From: PVC group bacterium
GTDB lineage: Bacteria > Omnitrophota > Gorgyraeia > B26-G9
NCBI GenBank assembly: GCA_024231215.1
Contig: JAAEQR010000142.1
Coordinates: 100,593-164,592, forward strand
DNA length: 64,000 nt
Direction: 5' to 3'
A program made the translations under genes and the position numbers. How positions within the stretch are numbered: position 1 is the first letter of the stretch; each line of letters begins with the position of its first letter. Below the pieces are notes generated by a model. The model did no database searches and was not told the DNA's origin. It saw only the letters and a list, made by a program, of their open reading frames with translations. Shown piece after piece: positions 1 through 10,776 of the stretch.

Positions 1-346
1 TATTAAAGAACTCAAAAACTACGATATGGATGCCTTGCGTAAAATCTGTGATCGGTTAAAAAGCAAAACAGATAATGTTATTTGCGTATTGGCTTCAACC
101 GGATTAAAAAAACCTCTGCTCATTGTCGGATTAAGTTCTTCTCTGGCTAAAAAAGGCCTTGATGCAGTTACGATCATAAAAGAAATCACAGCCATAGCCG
201 GGGGAGGCGGAGGCGGTAAAAAAGATCTGGCACAAGCGGGAACAAAAGATGAAATAGGACTGCGTAAGGCTCTAGATCAATCAAAACAAATTGTTGAAAA
301 ATTTTTAAACCAAGGCTTTGTATTAGACACAGATGAAGAGTGCTGA
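1..346 (+). CDS. alaS: alanine--tRNA ligase, C-terminal fragment (5' end lies outside the window)
   Basis: Open frame from position 2; the translation carries the Gly-rich GGGGGG(K/R)xD.AQAGG box of the AlaRS C-terminal (DHHA1) domain; stop at 344-346. Confidence 0.7.
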   Translation, partial: IKELKNYDMDALRKICDRLKSKTDNVICVLASTGLKKPLLIVGLSSSLAKKGLDAVTIIKEITAIAGGGGGGKKDLAQAGTKDEIGLRKALDQSKQIVEKFLNQGFVLDTDEEC

Positions 347-359
347 GATTTTTGAGCTG

Positions 360-420
360 AAACAATTACAAAAAATGCAGACATACCCAATAGGTACGTC
401 GAGGCTTTTTGTAATTGTTT
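360..420. repeat. perfect 15-bp inverted repeat (AAACAATTACAAAAA ... TTTTTGTAATTGTTT) with a 31-nt spacer, between the alaS stop and hisD
   Basis: Both arms read directly at 360-374 and 406-420; A/T-only stem; followed by an A-run. Confidence 0.5.
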
Positions 421-490
421 AAGCCAAAAAAATTAGTGCTATTCGCTGTGGACTAAGGCAAATTCTTGGTTGGAGGAGATAGGCTAACAA

Positions 491-1711
491 ATGAAAGTAG
501 TTAAATTTACCGGGAAAACAGTGGAAAACATTTACAGCCGTTCGGCTAAACGAAAAGTACGCGTAAAAAGAACTGTAGAGAAAATAATCCAGGATGTACA
601 TACTACCGGAGATAAAGCACTAATAAAGTATACAAAAAAATTTGATAACGTCAAATTAACCGTACGGCAAATCAAAGTAACAGAATCGGAAACCAACGGT
701 GCATACCAAAACATCGATGCTGAGTTCATTTCCAGTTTAAAAATAGCCTTAAATAATATTACCAGTTTCTACAAAAAACAGTTGAAGAAATCCTGGAAAA
801 TAAAACAGGAAGACGGCGTTATATTGGGAGAAATCATACGCCCCATTGAAAAAGTTGGAGTATATGTACCTAGTGGGACAGCACCGCTAATCTCATCAGT
901 ATATATGAGTGTGCTCCCGGCAAAAATCGCCGGAGTCAGTGAAATATACTTAGCTACTCCGCCTAACGCAAATGGAGAGGTAAATCCATATATACTTGTT
1001 GTTGCCAATCTCTTAAAAGTAAACGCAGTTTATAAATTAGGCGGCGCACATGCAATAGCGGCCATGGCCTTAGGAACAAAAACCGTGCCTAAAGTAGATA
1101 AAATTGTCGGTCCGGGAAACGACTATGTCACAGAAGCCAAACGCCAGGTATTTGGATATGTTGATATTGACATGCTCGCCGGGCCAAGTGAAATTGTAGT
1201 TATTGCTAATAATTTTGCAAATCCAAAACATGTTATCGCTGATCTACAGTCCCAGGCTGAACACCGTCGAGGTATTGCTATCTTAGTCACTACTTCAAAA
1301 AAACTAGCAAAAATTGTCCGCAAAGAAGTATCCAGCGGATATACAATTTTAGTAAAAAATCTAGATGAAGCCGTAGATGTCTCTAACCGTATTGCTCCGG
1401 AACATCTAGAAATACTAGTCAAACAACCAAATAAACTTCTGAAAAAAATCAAGAATGCAGGGGCTGTATTTGTCGGACCATATACACCGGTTGTGGTGGG
1501 TGACTACATTTCCGGCCCAAGCCACGTGTTACCAACAGGCGGCACAGCCAGATTTTTCTCCGGATTAGGAATTAATGATTTCATAAAAAGTACACATATG
1601 ATAAGCTATACTAAAAAGGCCTTGGAAAAGGTAGCACCTGCGGTGGAAAAAATAGCATCTTTAGAAGGCTTGAAAAAACACATTTATTCCTTAAAATCAC
1701 GTTTTGAATAA
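491..1711 (+). CDS. hisD: histidinol dehydrogenase
   Basis: 406-aa ORF with HisD hallmarks (GPSEIVVIA, APEHLEIL, VGDYISGPSHVLPTGGTARF); GGAGGAG RBS-like upstream. Confidence 0.9.
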   Translation: MKVVKFTGKTVENIYSRSAKRKVRVKRTVEKIIQDVHTTGDKALIKYTKKFDNVKLTVRQIKVTESETNGAYQNIDAEFISSLKIALNNITSFYKKQLKKSWKIKQEDGVILGEIIRPIEKVGVYVPSGTAPLISSVYMSVLPAKIAGVSEIYLATPPNANGEVNPYILVVANLLKVNAVYKLGGAHAIAAMALGTKTVPKVDKIVGPGNDYVTEAKRQVFGYVDIDMLAGPSEIVVIANNFANPKHVIADLQSQAEHRRGIAILVTTSKKLAKIVRKEVSSGYTILVKNLDEAVDVSNRIAPEHLEILVKQPNKLLKKIKNAGAVFVGPYTPVVVGDYISGPSHVLPTGGTARFFSGLGINDFIKSTHMISYTKKALEKVAPAVEKIASLEGLKKHIYSLKSRFE

Positions 1712-1725
1712 GAAGAGGTGTAGAA

Positions 1726-2331
1726 ATGAATGAATTAAGAAAAGCACAAATTAAAAGAAAGACCAACGAAGTAGATATAAACGGTGAATTCATCATTGAC
1801 GGTTCAGGAAACACTGATGTAAAAACAGGCTTTGAACCGCTTAATCATTTACTTACTTTGTTTGCCTTTCACGGCCTGTTTAATTTAAAAATCCAAGCAA
1901 CCGGAGACTTACCTCATCACATCATCGAAGATATCGGTATTGCCCTGGGTAAAACATTCAAAGAAGCTCTGGGAGAAAAAGAAAGTATTAACCGCTATGG
2001 ATGCTTTACTGTTGCTATGGATAAAGTCGCAGTGGAGGCTGTCATTGATATCAGCGGCAGGCCATCTTTGCACGGAGAAGCACTAACCGCTAAGATTCTT
2101 GAAGGATCTTTTGATAATACTGATTTCACATTCAAACATGCTGAGGAGTTCTTAGAATCATTCCTGCAGCATGCTGGCATCAGTCTGGTTTATATTGTAA
2201 AATCCTCAGAAGGGGACTTGCATCATATATTAGAAGCCTTATTTAAAGCCATGGGTAAAGCCCTGGATATTGCTACACAAATTGATATGCGACGCCAGGG
2301 AGTACCGTCAACAAAAGGAGTTATTGACTAA
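1726..2331 (+). CDS. hisB: imidazoleglycerol-phosphate dehydratase
   Basis: 201 aa; RKTNEVDI...GFEPLNHLL...HHIIEDIGIALG are IGPD motifs. Confidence 0.9.
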   Translation: MNELRKAQIKRKTNEVDINGEFIIDGSGNTDVKTGFEPLNHLLTLFAFHGLFNLKIQATGDLPHHIIEDIGIALGKTFKEALGEKESINRYGCFTVAMDKVAVEAVIDISGRPSLHGEALTAKILEGSFDNTDFTFKHAEEFLESFLQHAGISLVYIVKSSEGDLHHILEALFKAMGKALDIATQIDMRRQGVPSTKGVID

Positions 2332-2335
2332 TCAA

Positions 2336-3097
2336 ATGATTATCATACCGGCAATTGACCTCAAGGATGGAAAAGTAGTACGTCTCTTACGAGGAGAGTA
2401 CCAACAAGAAACAGTATATGATGAAAACCCACTCGCTGTAGCCAGACGCTGGAAATACGCCGGAGCAGATATTATCCATATTGTAAACCTAGACGGAGCT
2501 CTTGCCGGTGATTTAAAACAGCTGGAAATTGTAAAAAAATTAATAAGCAATTTACATATACAGGTTCAATTCGGCGGAGGAATTCGCTCCTTAGATGATA
2601 TCAAATCCGTTTTTGATGCCGGAGCTGAACGAGTAATTATCGGAACAAAGGCATTCACCGATGACACTTTTTTGAAATACATATCTCAAGATCCGATATT
2701 AAAAAACAAGCTTGATAATATCATTGTAAGTATTGACTGTAAACGCGCTGCCCAAGGTTCCTATGTTGCAACAACTACAGGTTGGACACAGGATACACAA
2801 ATTACCCATGTGGATATGCTCGATGAAATCAGCAAACACGGAATCACTACGGCAGTGGTCACGGATATCAGTACTGACGGAGCACTTACCGGTCCGAATA
2901 TGCCATTTTTAACACAAGCCTTAGAAAAAAATTCTTCTGTCAAAATCATTGCGTCCGGTGGAATTGCAAATATAGATAATATTAAGGAACTAAAAGCATT
3001 AAGTGAAAAATATACCAATCTTCATGGTGTTATTATTGGAAAAGCATTATATGAACAAAAAGTAGAGCTTAAGGAGGCTATTAGAGTATGCAGGTAA
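2336..3097 (+). CDS. hisA: 1-(5-phosphoribosyl)-5-[(5-phosphoribosylamino)methylideneamino]imidazole-4-carboxamide isomerase
   Basis: The ORF opens at 2270 but the likely start is the ATG at 2336 ([17 protein letters not shown]), 4 nt after the hisB stop; HisA/HisF-fold motifs (GGGIRS, ASGGIAN). Confidence 0.85.
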   Translation: MIIIPAIDLKDGKVVRLLRGEYQQETVYDENPLAVARRWKYAGADIIHIVNLDGALAGDLKQLEIVKKLISNLHIQVQFGGGIRSLDDIKSVFDAGAERVIIGTKAFTDDTFLKYISQDPILKNKLDNIIVSIDCKRAAQGSYVATTTGWTQDTQITHVDMLDEISKHGITTAVVTDISTDGALTGPNMPFLTQALEKNSSVKIIASGGIANIDNIKELKALSEKYTNLHGVIIGKALYEQKVELKEAIRVCR

Positions 3098-3453
3098 AAC
3101 GTCCATTGTGTAAACCACTAAAGTTGAAAAACTTAAAATCAGTTAATGATCTAAAATTTGATGATAAAGGTCTAATCCCAACAATTGTCCAGGATACAAA
3201 AGATAAAAAAATATTAATGGTTGCTTATATGAATAAGGAATCTCTGAAAAAGACTATGAAAACCGGACTGGCTACTTACTGGTCACGCTCTCGCAAATGC
3301 TTTTGGTTAAAAGGGGATACGTCCGGACATTTTCAGAAGGTAAAAAAGATATATTTTGACTGCGACAAAGATACCTTGCTTTTAGAAGTAACCCAAATAG
3401 GCGTTGCTTGTCATACAGGCAAACGTTCATGTTTTTTCACACGGTTAGCATAA
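3088..3453 (+). CDS. hisI: phosphoribosyl-AMP cyclohydrolase
   Basis: 121 aa; LIPTIVQD...YWSRSR...LKGDTSGH...[15 protein letters not shown] are canonical HisI motifs; overlaps hisA by 10 nt. Confidence 0.85.
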   Translation: MQVKRPLCKPLKLKNLKSVNDLKFDDKGLIPTIVQDTKDKKILMVAYMNKESLKKTMKTGLATYWSRSRKCFWLKGDTSGHFQKVKKIYFDCDKDTLLLEVTQIGVACHTGKRSCFFTRLA

Positions 3454-3454
3454 C

Positions 3455-3482
3455 GGGCGGAGGCAAGCGCCGCCCCTACAAT
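3455..3482 (-). repeat. REP-like GC-rich palindrome (minus strand reads GTAGGGGCGG...CCGCCC) in the 43-nt hisI-trpE gap
   Basis: GGGCGG(3455-3460)/CCGCCC(3470-3475) stem followed by CTAC (GTAG on the minus strand); a closely related element recurs at 57668-57691. Confidence 0.5.
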
Positions 3483-3496
3483 AGGTTATACTTGAT

Positions 3497-4996
3497 ATGT
3501 ATTATCCATCAAAAAAAGAATTTAAAAAATTAAGCAAAAAAGGCAACCTTATTCCCGTGTATCGGGAATTGCTTGCTGATTTTGAAACTCCGGTATCTGC
3601 ATTTTCGAAAATAGATACCGGTGCTTATTCATATCTCTTAGAATCTGTGGAAGGGCAGGAAAAAATTGCCCGCTATTCATTCCTGGGCAGTAACCCGTCT
3701 TTATTATTGAAAATCAAAGGCCGCCAGGTTCAAATCCACGAAAAAAAAGGGGGACGTTTTAAACAAAAAAATTATGCACTTAAAGATAACGATCCTTTAG
3801 ATGAAATAAAAAAAATAATCACTCAATACAAATTTGTTACTGTTCCCGGATTACCAAGATTTTGCGGAGGATTAGTCGGATACCTTAGTTATGATACTGT
3901 ACGATTTTTCGAAAATATCCCGGACAAAAACCCGGATGATCTAAAATTACCGGATGCAGTATTTGTTCTGACAGATACAATACTTATTTTTGATCATATT
4001 GCACATAAGATCAAAATCGTTTCCAATGTCCATATTGATGATAAATCACCTGCTTCTCTGGACAAACTCTATGATAAATCCATAAAAAAAATCGATCAAA
4101 TAGCTGCACTATTAAAGAAGCCGTTGAAACCACACAAAACTCAGAAAAAAAATCCTCCGGTACGAGTACAATCTAATATGAGTAAAAAAGAATTTAAAAA
4201 TGCAGTTACTAAGGCAAAACAATATATCCGTGCCGGTGACATCATTCAAACCGTAATCTCTCAAAGATTCAAAGTAGATATTAATATCCCACCTTTTGAT
4301 TTATATCGTGCCCTGCGCACGGTTAATCCGTCTCCATATATGTATTATCTGAAATTCGGTGACGTCAAAATCATCGGATCATCTCCGGAAGTAATGGTTA
4401 GATGTGAAACAAATACAGCTGAGGTAAGACCAATAGCCGGAACACGTAAAAGAGGAAAAGACGAATCACAGGATGAATATTTAAGTAACGACCTTTTAAA
4501 TGATCCAAAAGAACGAGCCGAACACATTATGCTGGTTGATTTAGGCAGGAATGATCTAGGCCGTGTCTGCCGCTACAGTAGTGTAAAAGTAGATGACTTA
4601 ATGATCATTGAAAAATACTCCCATGTAATGCATATTGTCAGTAATGTGCAAGGACAGTTGAAACAGGGGAAAGATGTTTTTGATCTGATCCGTGCGACAT
4701 TTCCGGCAGGCACTGTATCCGGAGCACCAAAGATCAGAGCTATGGAAATCATTGACGAACTAGAAACAGTAAGAAGAGGCCCCTATGCAGGTTGTGTTGG
4801 ATACTTTAGTTTTTCCGGTAACCTGGATACATGTATTACAATCAGAACCATTGTCTGCAAAGGTAATAGTGCTTATGTTCAAGCCGGCGCAGGAATCGTG
4901 GCTGATTCCGTTCCGGAAAAAGAATACCAAGAGACAGAAAATAAGGCAAAAGCTCTTATAAAATCAATATCCGTAGCACAAGAGGGATTATTATGA
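3497..4996 (+). CDS. trpE: anthranilate synthase component I
   Basis: 499 aa; chorismate-binding motifs ([25 protein letters not shown]). Confidence 0.9.
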   Translation: MYYPSKKEFKKLSKKGNLIPVYRELLADFETPVSAFSKIDTGAYSYLLESVEGQEKIARYSFLGSNPSLLLKIKGRQVQIHEKKGGRFKQKNYALKDNDPLDEIKKIITQYKFVTVPGLPRFCGGLVGYLSYDTVRFFENIPDKNPDDLKLPDAVFVLTDTILIFDHIAHKIKIVSNVHIDDKSPASLDKLYDKSIKKIDQIAALLKKPLKPHKTQKKNPPVRVQSNMSKKEFKNAVTKAKQYIRAGDIIQTVISQRFKVDINIPPFDLYRALRTVNPSPYMYYLKFGDVKIIGSSPEVMVRCETNTAEVRPIAGTRKRGKDESQDEYLSNDLLNDPKERAEHIMLVDLGRNDLGRVCRYSSVKVDDLMIIEKYSHVMHIVSNVQGQLKQGKDVFDLIRATFPAGTVSGAPKIRAMEIIDELETVRRGPYAGCVGYFSFSGNLDTCITIRTIVCKGNSAYVQAGAGIVADSVPEKEYQETENKAKALIKSISVAQEGLL

Positions 4997-5568
4997 TTTT
5001 ATTAATAGATAATTATGATTCTTTTACATATAATCTAGTTCAATATTTCGGAGAACTGAAGCAAAAGCTAAAAGTAATACGAAACGATAAGATTACAATT
5101 GATCGCATTAAGCGATTGAAACCGGATTATATTGTAATTTCTCCCGGGCCCTGCACCCCAAAAGAAGCAGGACTGTCCTGCGAGATCATTAAGCAATTTG
5201 CCGGAAAAATACCAATCCTCGGAGTTTGCCTGGGACACCAATGCATAGGAAATGCCTTTGGCGGAAAAATAGTTCGCGCCAAAAATATTATGCACGGTAA
5301 AACCTCACAAATATATCATAAAAAAGAAAATATTTTTAAGGGTATTTCAAACCCGTTTACAGCTACACGTTATCATTCTCTGATCATTAAAAAAGATACT
5401 CTCCCTGGATGCTTCTCGATTACAGCCTGGACTAAGGATAAAACAATAATGGCCATAAAACACCGCAAATATCCACTCTGGGGACTTCAATTTCACCCGG
5501 AATCCATTCTAACAAAAGACGGAAAAAAAATTCTTTCCAACTTCTTAAAAGAGGGGATAAAAAAATGA
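4993..5568 (+). CDS. trpG: anthranilate synthase component II (glutamine amidotransferase)
   Basis: 191 aa; class-I GATase motifs (GVCLGHQ, HPES); start overlaps the trpE stop (ATGA). Confidence 0.9.
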   Translation: MILLIDNYDSFTYNLVQYFGELKQKLKVIRNDKITIDRIKRLKPDYIVISPGPCTPKEAGLSCEIIKQFAGKIPILGVCLGHQCIGNAFGGKIVRAKNIMHGKTSQIYHKKENIFKGISNPFTATRYHSLIIKKDTLPGCFSITAWTKDKTIMAIKHRKYPLWGLQFHPESILTKDGKKILSNFLKEGIKK

Positions 5569-6584
5569 TTCAAGAGGGAATAAAAAAAGTTATTACTAAA
5601 AAAAACTTGAGAAAAGAAGAAATGCAGGAAATCTTCACCCAAATCATGCAGGGAGAGGCTACTCCTGCGCAAATTGCCGCATTCCTAATCGGTTTGAGAA
5701 TGAAAGGCGAAACAGTAGATGAAATAACCGGCGCAGCAGAAGTAATGCGTAAATTTGCCACCCATATAAAAGTAGACAACCCAACCATCCTTGATACCTG
5801 CGGCACCGGAGGAGACAGAAAACACACATTTAATATCTCAACAATGACGGCAATAGTTGCCAGCGGAGCAGGCGTAACCGTTGCTAAACACGGCAACCGT
5901 AGCGTCTCCAGCAAATCCGGCAGCGCAGACCTCTTAGAGAAACTAGGGGTAAATCTTTCAGCTGATGTTGCAATAGTAGAAAAATGTGTGAATGAAATAG
6001 GTATCGGGTTTCTATTCGCACCAACCCTGCATAAAGCCATGAAATATGCAGTTGGTCCCCGAAAAGAAGTCGGTGTAAGAACAATTTTTAATATTTTAGG
6101 ACCGCTTACTAATCCAGCTAACGCAACCAATCAACTTTTGGGAATTTTTGATCGCACATTACGAGAACCAGTTGCTTTGGTTCTCCAGAAATTAGGATTA
6201 AAACATGCCCTCGTTGTACACGGCGCAGATGGGGTGGATGAAGTAAGTACTGTTGCAGAAACCTTTGTTTGTGAACTAAAAGATAATCAGCTGGAAGATT
6301 ATACAGTAAAACCAGAACGATTTAACATTAATAGAACCAATATTGAAAGCCTGCAAATAACAGATGCGCAAGAAAGCGCTAGTATCGCAAATAAACTCTT
6401 AGACGGCGAAAAAGGCCCAATATATGACGCTGTACTTTTAAATTCAGCCTTTGCTATTTATGCCGCAGATAAAGCCCCTTCTGTAGATGAAGGAATTAAG
6501 CTGGCTGCTGCAAGCTTAGCCGAGGGAAAAGCTAAAGAAAAACTCAATTTATTAATCAAATACACTAATGAAAACAATTCTTGA
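5565..6584 (+). CDS. trpD: anthranilate phosphoribosyltransferase
   Basis: 339 aa; [19 protein letters not shown] motifs. Confidence 0.9.
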   Translation: MIQEGIKKVITKKNLRKEEMQEIFTQIMQGEATPAQIAAFLIGLRMKGETVDEITGAAEVMRKFATHIKVDNPTILDTCGTGGDRKHTFNISTMTAIVASGAGVTVAKHGNRSVSSKSGSADLLEKLGVNLSADVAIVEKCVNEIGIGFLFAPTLHKAMKYAVGPRKEVGVRTIFNILGPLTNPANATNQLLGIFDRTLREPVALVLQKLGLKHALVVHGADGVDEVSTVAETFVCELKDNQLEDYTVKPERFNINRTNIESLQITDAQESASIANKLLDGEKGPIYDAVLLNSAFAIYAADKAPSVDEGIKLAAASLAEGKAKEKLNLLIKYTNENNS

Positions 6585-7359
6585 AAAGATAGTTAGCGAA
6601 AAGAAAAAAGAAGTCAAAAAAGCAAAGCAAGTGATTTCCCTAAAAGAACTATCGGGAAAAATAAAAAAACAAAAGATTGCTTGCCGTGATTTCAAAAAAA
6701 ATATTTCATCACCGGGACAGATAAACTTTATCGGGGAACTAAAAAAAGCATCCCCGATAAAGGGAATGTTGCGTGAAAACCTGGATTTAGCAAAGACAGC
6801 GCGAATTTACGAAAGACAAGGCATAAAAGCAATTTCCGTACTTACTGATATACATTTTTGCGGACAGCTTTCGGATATAAAAACCGTAAAGAAAGCATCA
6901 AAACTTCCAGTATTGCGCAAAGATTTTATTATTGATGAATATCAGCTTTATGAATCGCGCTTAGCCGGAGCAGATGCTATACTGTTAATTGCCGCAATAT
7001 TATCTAAGGCAAGCTTAACCAAGATGCTGCGTATTACACACACACTAGGCATGCATGCTCTTGTAGAAGTACACAACAAAGACGATTTTAAAAAGGTGAA
7101 TTTTAAAGAAACCGACATTCTTGGAGTGAATAATAGAAATCTTAAAAATTTCAAGGTAGATATTACTACCACAGAAAAACTTATTAAAAACATTCCGGGA
7201 GATAAAATAGTCGTTGGAGAAAGCGGCATATCCTTAAGAAAACATGTTCGATACATGGAAAAACTAGGGGTCCAGGCATTACTAATTGGAGAAGGAATTG
7301 TCCGTTCAAAAAATATCGCTTCAAAAATCAAAACCTTGTACGGAAGAAGAAAATCATGA
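6568..7359 (+). CDS. trpC: indole-3-glycerol phosphate synthase
   Basis: 263 aa; IGELKKASP, VLTD..F.G, RKDFIIDEYQ, NNRNL motifs. Confidence 0.9.
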   Translation: MKTILEKIVSEKKKEVKKAKQVISLKELSGKIKKQKIACRDFKKNISSPGQINFIGELKKASPIKGMLRENLDLAKTARIYERQGIKAISVLTDIHFCGQLSDIKTVKKASKLPVLRKDFIIDEYQLYESRLAGADAILLIAAILSKASLTKMLRITHTLGMHALVEVHNKDDFKKVNFKETDILGVNNRNLKNFKVDITTTEKLIKNIPGDKIVVGESGISLRKHVRYMEKLGVQALLIGEGIVRSKNIASKIKTLYGRRKS

Positions 7360-7979
7360 CAAAGATTAAAATATGCGGCATTACCAGGCTCAAGGACGCA
7401 CTATCGGCAGCTGAATATGGGGCAGATGCTGTGGGATTTGTATTTGCTAAGAGTCCACGTCGGATAAGTCCTGTAGCTGCTTCCCGGATTATTGATAATT
7501 TACCCCCTTTTATTGCTAAAGTAGGTCTTTTTGTCAATGCAGAAAAAGAAGAAGTACTAAACATATTAAAAACCTGTCAACTGGATACTCTACAGTTCCA
7601 CGGCGAAGAAAGTGATAAATACTGTAATTTCTTTAGAAAATATTGTAAAATAATAAAAGCGTTCAGGATAAAAGATAATAGCTCATTAAAGCAGGCCTGC
7701 TCCTATAAATATATTGATGCTTGCTTATGTGACACATATGATCCAAAAAAACACGGAGGAACCGGAAAATCATTTAATTGGAATATATTGAAAAATTCCG
7801 GATTAAAGAAACCTGTTATAATTGCCGGTGGAGCATCATTATCAAATGTTGGTAAAATCATCCATAAACTTAAGCCATATGGGATTGATGTCTCCAGCAG
7901 TATTGAGCGCTCTCCTGGCAAGAAAGATGCTCGCATAATGCGGAAATTCATAAAAACTGTTACTAAAGAATCTTTATAA
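7356..7979 (+). CDS. trpF: N-(5'-phosphoribosyl)anthranilate isomerase
   Basis: 207 aa; KICGIT...GADAVGFVF..SPR motif; coupled to the trpC stop. Confidence 0.85.
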   Translation: MTKIKICGITRLKDALSAAEYGADAVGFVFAKSPRRISPVAASRIIDNLPPFIAKVGLFVNAEKEEVLNILKTCQLDTLQFHGEESDKYCNFFRKYCKIIKAFRIKDNSSLKQACSYKYIDACLCDTYDPKKHGGTGKSFNWNILKNSGLKKPVIIAGGASLSNVGKIIHKLKPYGIDVSSSIERSPGKKDARIMRKFIKTVTKESL

Positions 7980-8771
7980 TTGGAGCGACTTATGAAAAAC
8001 AAAAAAAACAATAATGACAAACCTAGAGTAAAATTCTCAGAAAATGATATACAGAAAAAACTCTATGGCGAAGAAAAAACAAAAAAAACACTGCCAAAGA
8101 TCATCAGCTCTATAGACAAAGATTCACCCATTAAACAAACAATCCCTACTAATAAACACATCCAGGAAGAAATAGACGCTCTTAAAGATGCTATAAATCA
8201 ACTTGAAGACAAATTAAAAAAAACAGAAGGACAAAAAGAACGTCTCAAAAAAAAACTTGTCCAAAGAAGATTTACAGCAAATCTAAAAGATGAAATCCTT
8301 GCAGTTATATCCAATAAGATACCTGAAAAAGTTATTATCCTTATTCCCGTTTTAGTTATTATTGTCCTTTTCATTCTCTTATTTAGCTTAAACCAGGAAA
8401 AAACTTCTACGCAAGAACCCCAGGCCGTTACTCAAACAGAAAGCCGGGTTCCTGAACGAAAAATTACCACTGCTCCTGTACCTGCGACTCCACGCCGAGA
8501 GAATAGCCCTGTTTTTGATTCAACAAAAAAATACACCCTTCAGGTTGCTGAATATTCCAATGAGCCCGCTGCAGAACGCTTTGTTAATAGCCTCAGAGAC
8601 CAGGGGTTTTACGTAAGCATCGATACCCGTTATCGGGGAGAAGAAAAAACGAATCCATATTTTAAAATTAACGTAGGTAAGTTTGATTCTTTTAACGAAG
8701 CAAAAAAATTTCATGAGGCATTTAAGCGAAAGACCGGTATAACAGACTCTTTTATCAAGGAGAAAAAGTAA
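7980..8771 (+). CDS. SPOR-domain membrane protein (coiled coil, one TM helix, C-terminal SPOR peptidoglycan-binding fold) inserted between trpF and trpB
   Basis: Starts 1 nt after the trpF stop; TM segment [20 protein letters not shown]; C-terminal [31 protein letters not shown]...[18 protein letters not shown] is a typical SPOR repeat. Confidence 0.6.
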   Translation: MERLMKNKKNNNDKPRVKFSENDIQKKLYGEEKTKKTLPKIISSIDKDSPIKQTIPTNKHIQEEIDALKDAINQLEDKLKKTEGQKERLKKKLVQRRFTANLKDEILAVISNKIPEKVIILIPVLVIIVLFILLFSLNQEKTSTQEPQAVTQTESRVPERKITTAPVPATPRRENSPVFDSTKKYTLQVAEYSNEPAAERFVNSLRDQGFYVSIDTRYRGEEKTNPYFKINVGKFDSFNEAKKFHEAFKRKTGITDSFIKEKK

Positions 8772-8773
8772 CA

Positions 8774-9958
8774 ATGTCAAAACAACCAGATCAAAAAGGA
8801 TACTTTGGCCAGTTCGGTGGAAAATTCGTTCCAGAAACACTTATTGCCGCGTTAAATGAATTAGAAACCGCTTATAATCACTCGAAACGTGATCCTAAGT
8901 TTAAAAAACAGTTGCAATTTTATCTTAAAGAATTCGCCGGCAGACCAACACCCTTATACTATGCCGAACAGTTAAGTAAACACCTCGGCTTAAAAGTCTA
9001 TTTAAAACGTGAAGACTTATTACATTCCGGAGCTCATAAGATCAATAATACCTTAGGACAAGTCTTACTGGCTCTACAAATGAACAAACGACGTATTATC
9101 GCAGAAACCGGGGCAGGACAACATGGAGTAGCTACAGCGGTAGCCGCAGCACGTTTTGGCCTAGAGTGCGAAGTATATATGGGCGAAGAGGACATGCATC
9201 GCCAAGCACTGAATGTTTTCCGCATGAAACTTCTTGGCGCAAAAGTCAATTGTGTAACATCCGGGAGCAAGACATTAAAAGACGCAACAAATGAAGCTAT
9301 TCGCGACTGGGTAAGCAATGTCCGTACTACCCATTATATTCTGGGATCAGTTGTTGGACCACATCCTTACCCGGTAATGGTAAGAGACTTTCAAGCAGTT
9401 ATTGGTAAGGAAGCACGCAGCCAAATACTCCAAAAAGAAAAAAGACTTCCTGATTATCTTATGGCCTGTGTCGGCGGAGGCAGTAACGCAATCGGACTTT
9501 TTCATGAATTTTTTAACGACAAAAAAGTAAAAATATTCGGAATTGAGGCTGCCGGACACGGATTAAGTTCGGGGCAACATGCAGCAAGCTTATCAAAGGG
9601 AACAGTTGGCATTTTACACGGAAATAAAAGCTATCTTTTACAAGATAACGATGGCCAGATAAAAATAGCCCATTCTGTATCCGCAGGGTTAGATTATCCG
9701 GGAGTAGGCCCTGAACACTCCTACTATAAAAAAATAAAAAGAGCAGAGTATGTTGCAATAACCGACCAGGAAGCTTTGCAGGGATTAAAAAACCTCTCTA
9801 GGATAGAAGGTATAATTCCTGCACTTGAATCTGCACATGCTATTGCTTATTTATACAAAGCTGCAAAAAAAATCAAAAAGAAAAGTATTGTTGTTGTCTG
9901 TCTCTCAGGAAGAGGAGATAAAGACATGGAAATGGTTTCAAAATTAAAGGTGCTTTAA
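8774..9958 (+). CDS. trpB: tryptophan synthase beta chain
   Basis: 394 aa; [20 protein letters not shown] (PLP lysine), GGGSNAIG motifs. Confidence 0.92.
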   Translation: MSKQPDQKGYFGQFGGKFVPETLIAALNELETAYNHSKRDPKFKKQLQFYLKEFAGRPTPLYYAEQLSKHLGLKVYLKREDLLHSGAHKINNTLGQVLLALQMNKRRIIAETGAGQHGVATAVAAARFGLECEVYMGEEDMHRQALNVFRMKLLGAKVNCVTSGSKTLKDATNEAIRDWVSNVRTTHYILGSVVGPHPYPVMVRDFQAVIGKEARSQILQKEKRLPDYLMACVGGGSNAIGLFHEFFNDKKVKIFGIEAAGHGLSSGQHAASLSKGTVGILHGNKSYLLQDNDGQIKIAHSVSAGLDYPGVGPEHSYYKKIKRAEYVAITDQEALQGLKNLSRIEGIIPALESAHAIAYLYKAAKKIKKKSIVVVCLSGRGDKDMEMVSKLKVL

Positions 9959-9960
9959 AC

Positions 9961-10755
9961 ATGAATAGAATAGCTGTGAAAAACAATCATTTACAACAAA
10001 TACAAAAAAAAGCTTTTGTTGTCTATATTACTGCTGGATTTCCTAACATAAAAACAACAGAACAATTAATCCCCGTACTCGAGAAAAACGGGGTTGATTT
10101 CATTGAATTAGGAATGCCTTTTTCCGATCCGATTGCTGACGGTCCTACAATTCAAAAATCTTCATATACTGCGCTGCAAAAGGGTATGAATTTAGAAAAG
10201 TTCTTCAAGTTAGTATGCAGTATTCGAAAGAAAAGCAATATACCGTTAATCATGATGACTTATTATAATCCAATATATAACTATGGAATTAAACGGTTTG
10301 CAAAGATAGCTCATCAGTCAGGCTTAGACGGAGTAATCGTGCCCGATTTGCCTATTGAAGAAGCTTCTGAATTAAATCAATGTTTAAAACAATTTGATAT
10401 CGCTAATATCTTTTTAGTCTCTCCGGTAACACCAAAAAAACGCATCAGGAAAATCGCCGCTTTATCTTCCGGATTTATTTACTATGTATCTTTAACCGGA
10501 GTAACAGGGGTACGGGACAAACTTCCATCAGATTTAGTACAAAATATAAAAAAGATAAAGAGCGTAACAAAAAAACCTGTATTCGTAGGATTCGGGGTGT
10601 CAAAACCAAAGCAGATAAAAAATATTGATCGTGCTGCCAGCGGAGTTATTGTCGGCAGTGCTATTATTAAATCAATTGCAACTCATTACGGAACAAAAAA
10701 TTTTTTAAAAAAGATCGGGAAATTTGTAGCTTCCCTTAGTATTGTAACCAAATAA
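9961..10755 (+). CDS. trpA: tryptophan synthase alpha chain
   Basis: 264 aa; ELGMPFSDPIADGPTIQ, GFGVS motifs. Confidence 0.9.
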   Translation: MNRIAVKNNHLQQIQKKAFVVYITAGFPNIKTTEQLIPVLEKNGVDFIELGMPFSDPIADGPTIQKSSYTALQKGMNLEKFFKLVCSIRKKSNIPLIMMTYYNPIYNYGIKRFAKIAHQSGLDGVIVPDLPIEEASELNQCLKQFDIANIFLVSPVTPKKRIRKIAALSSGFIYYVSLTGVTGVRDKLPSDLVQNIKKIKSVTKKPVFVGFGVSKPKQIKNIDRAASGVIVGSAIIKSIATHYGTKNFLKKIGKFVASLSIVTK

Positions 10756-10776
10756 AAATCCAGCTGGAGAACCAAC

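Noticed and set aside
3454-3496. trp leader peptide / attenuator between hisI and trpE
   Set aside because: Only 43 nt are available and they are occupied by a single GC hairpin with no Trp-codon-containing mini-ORF or alternative pairings. I interpret it as a REP instead.
5570-6130. 186-aa minus-strand ORF inside trpD
   Set aside because: Antisense to a well-supported trpD. The product has no motifs. It is a typical shadow ORF.
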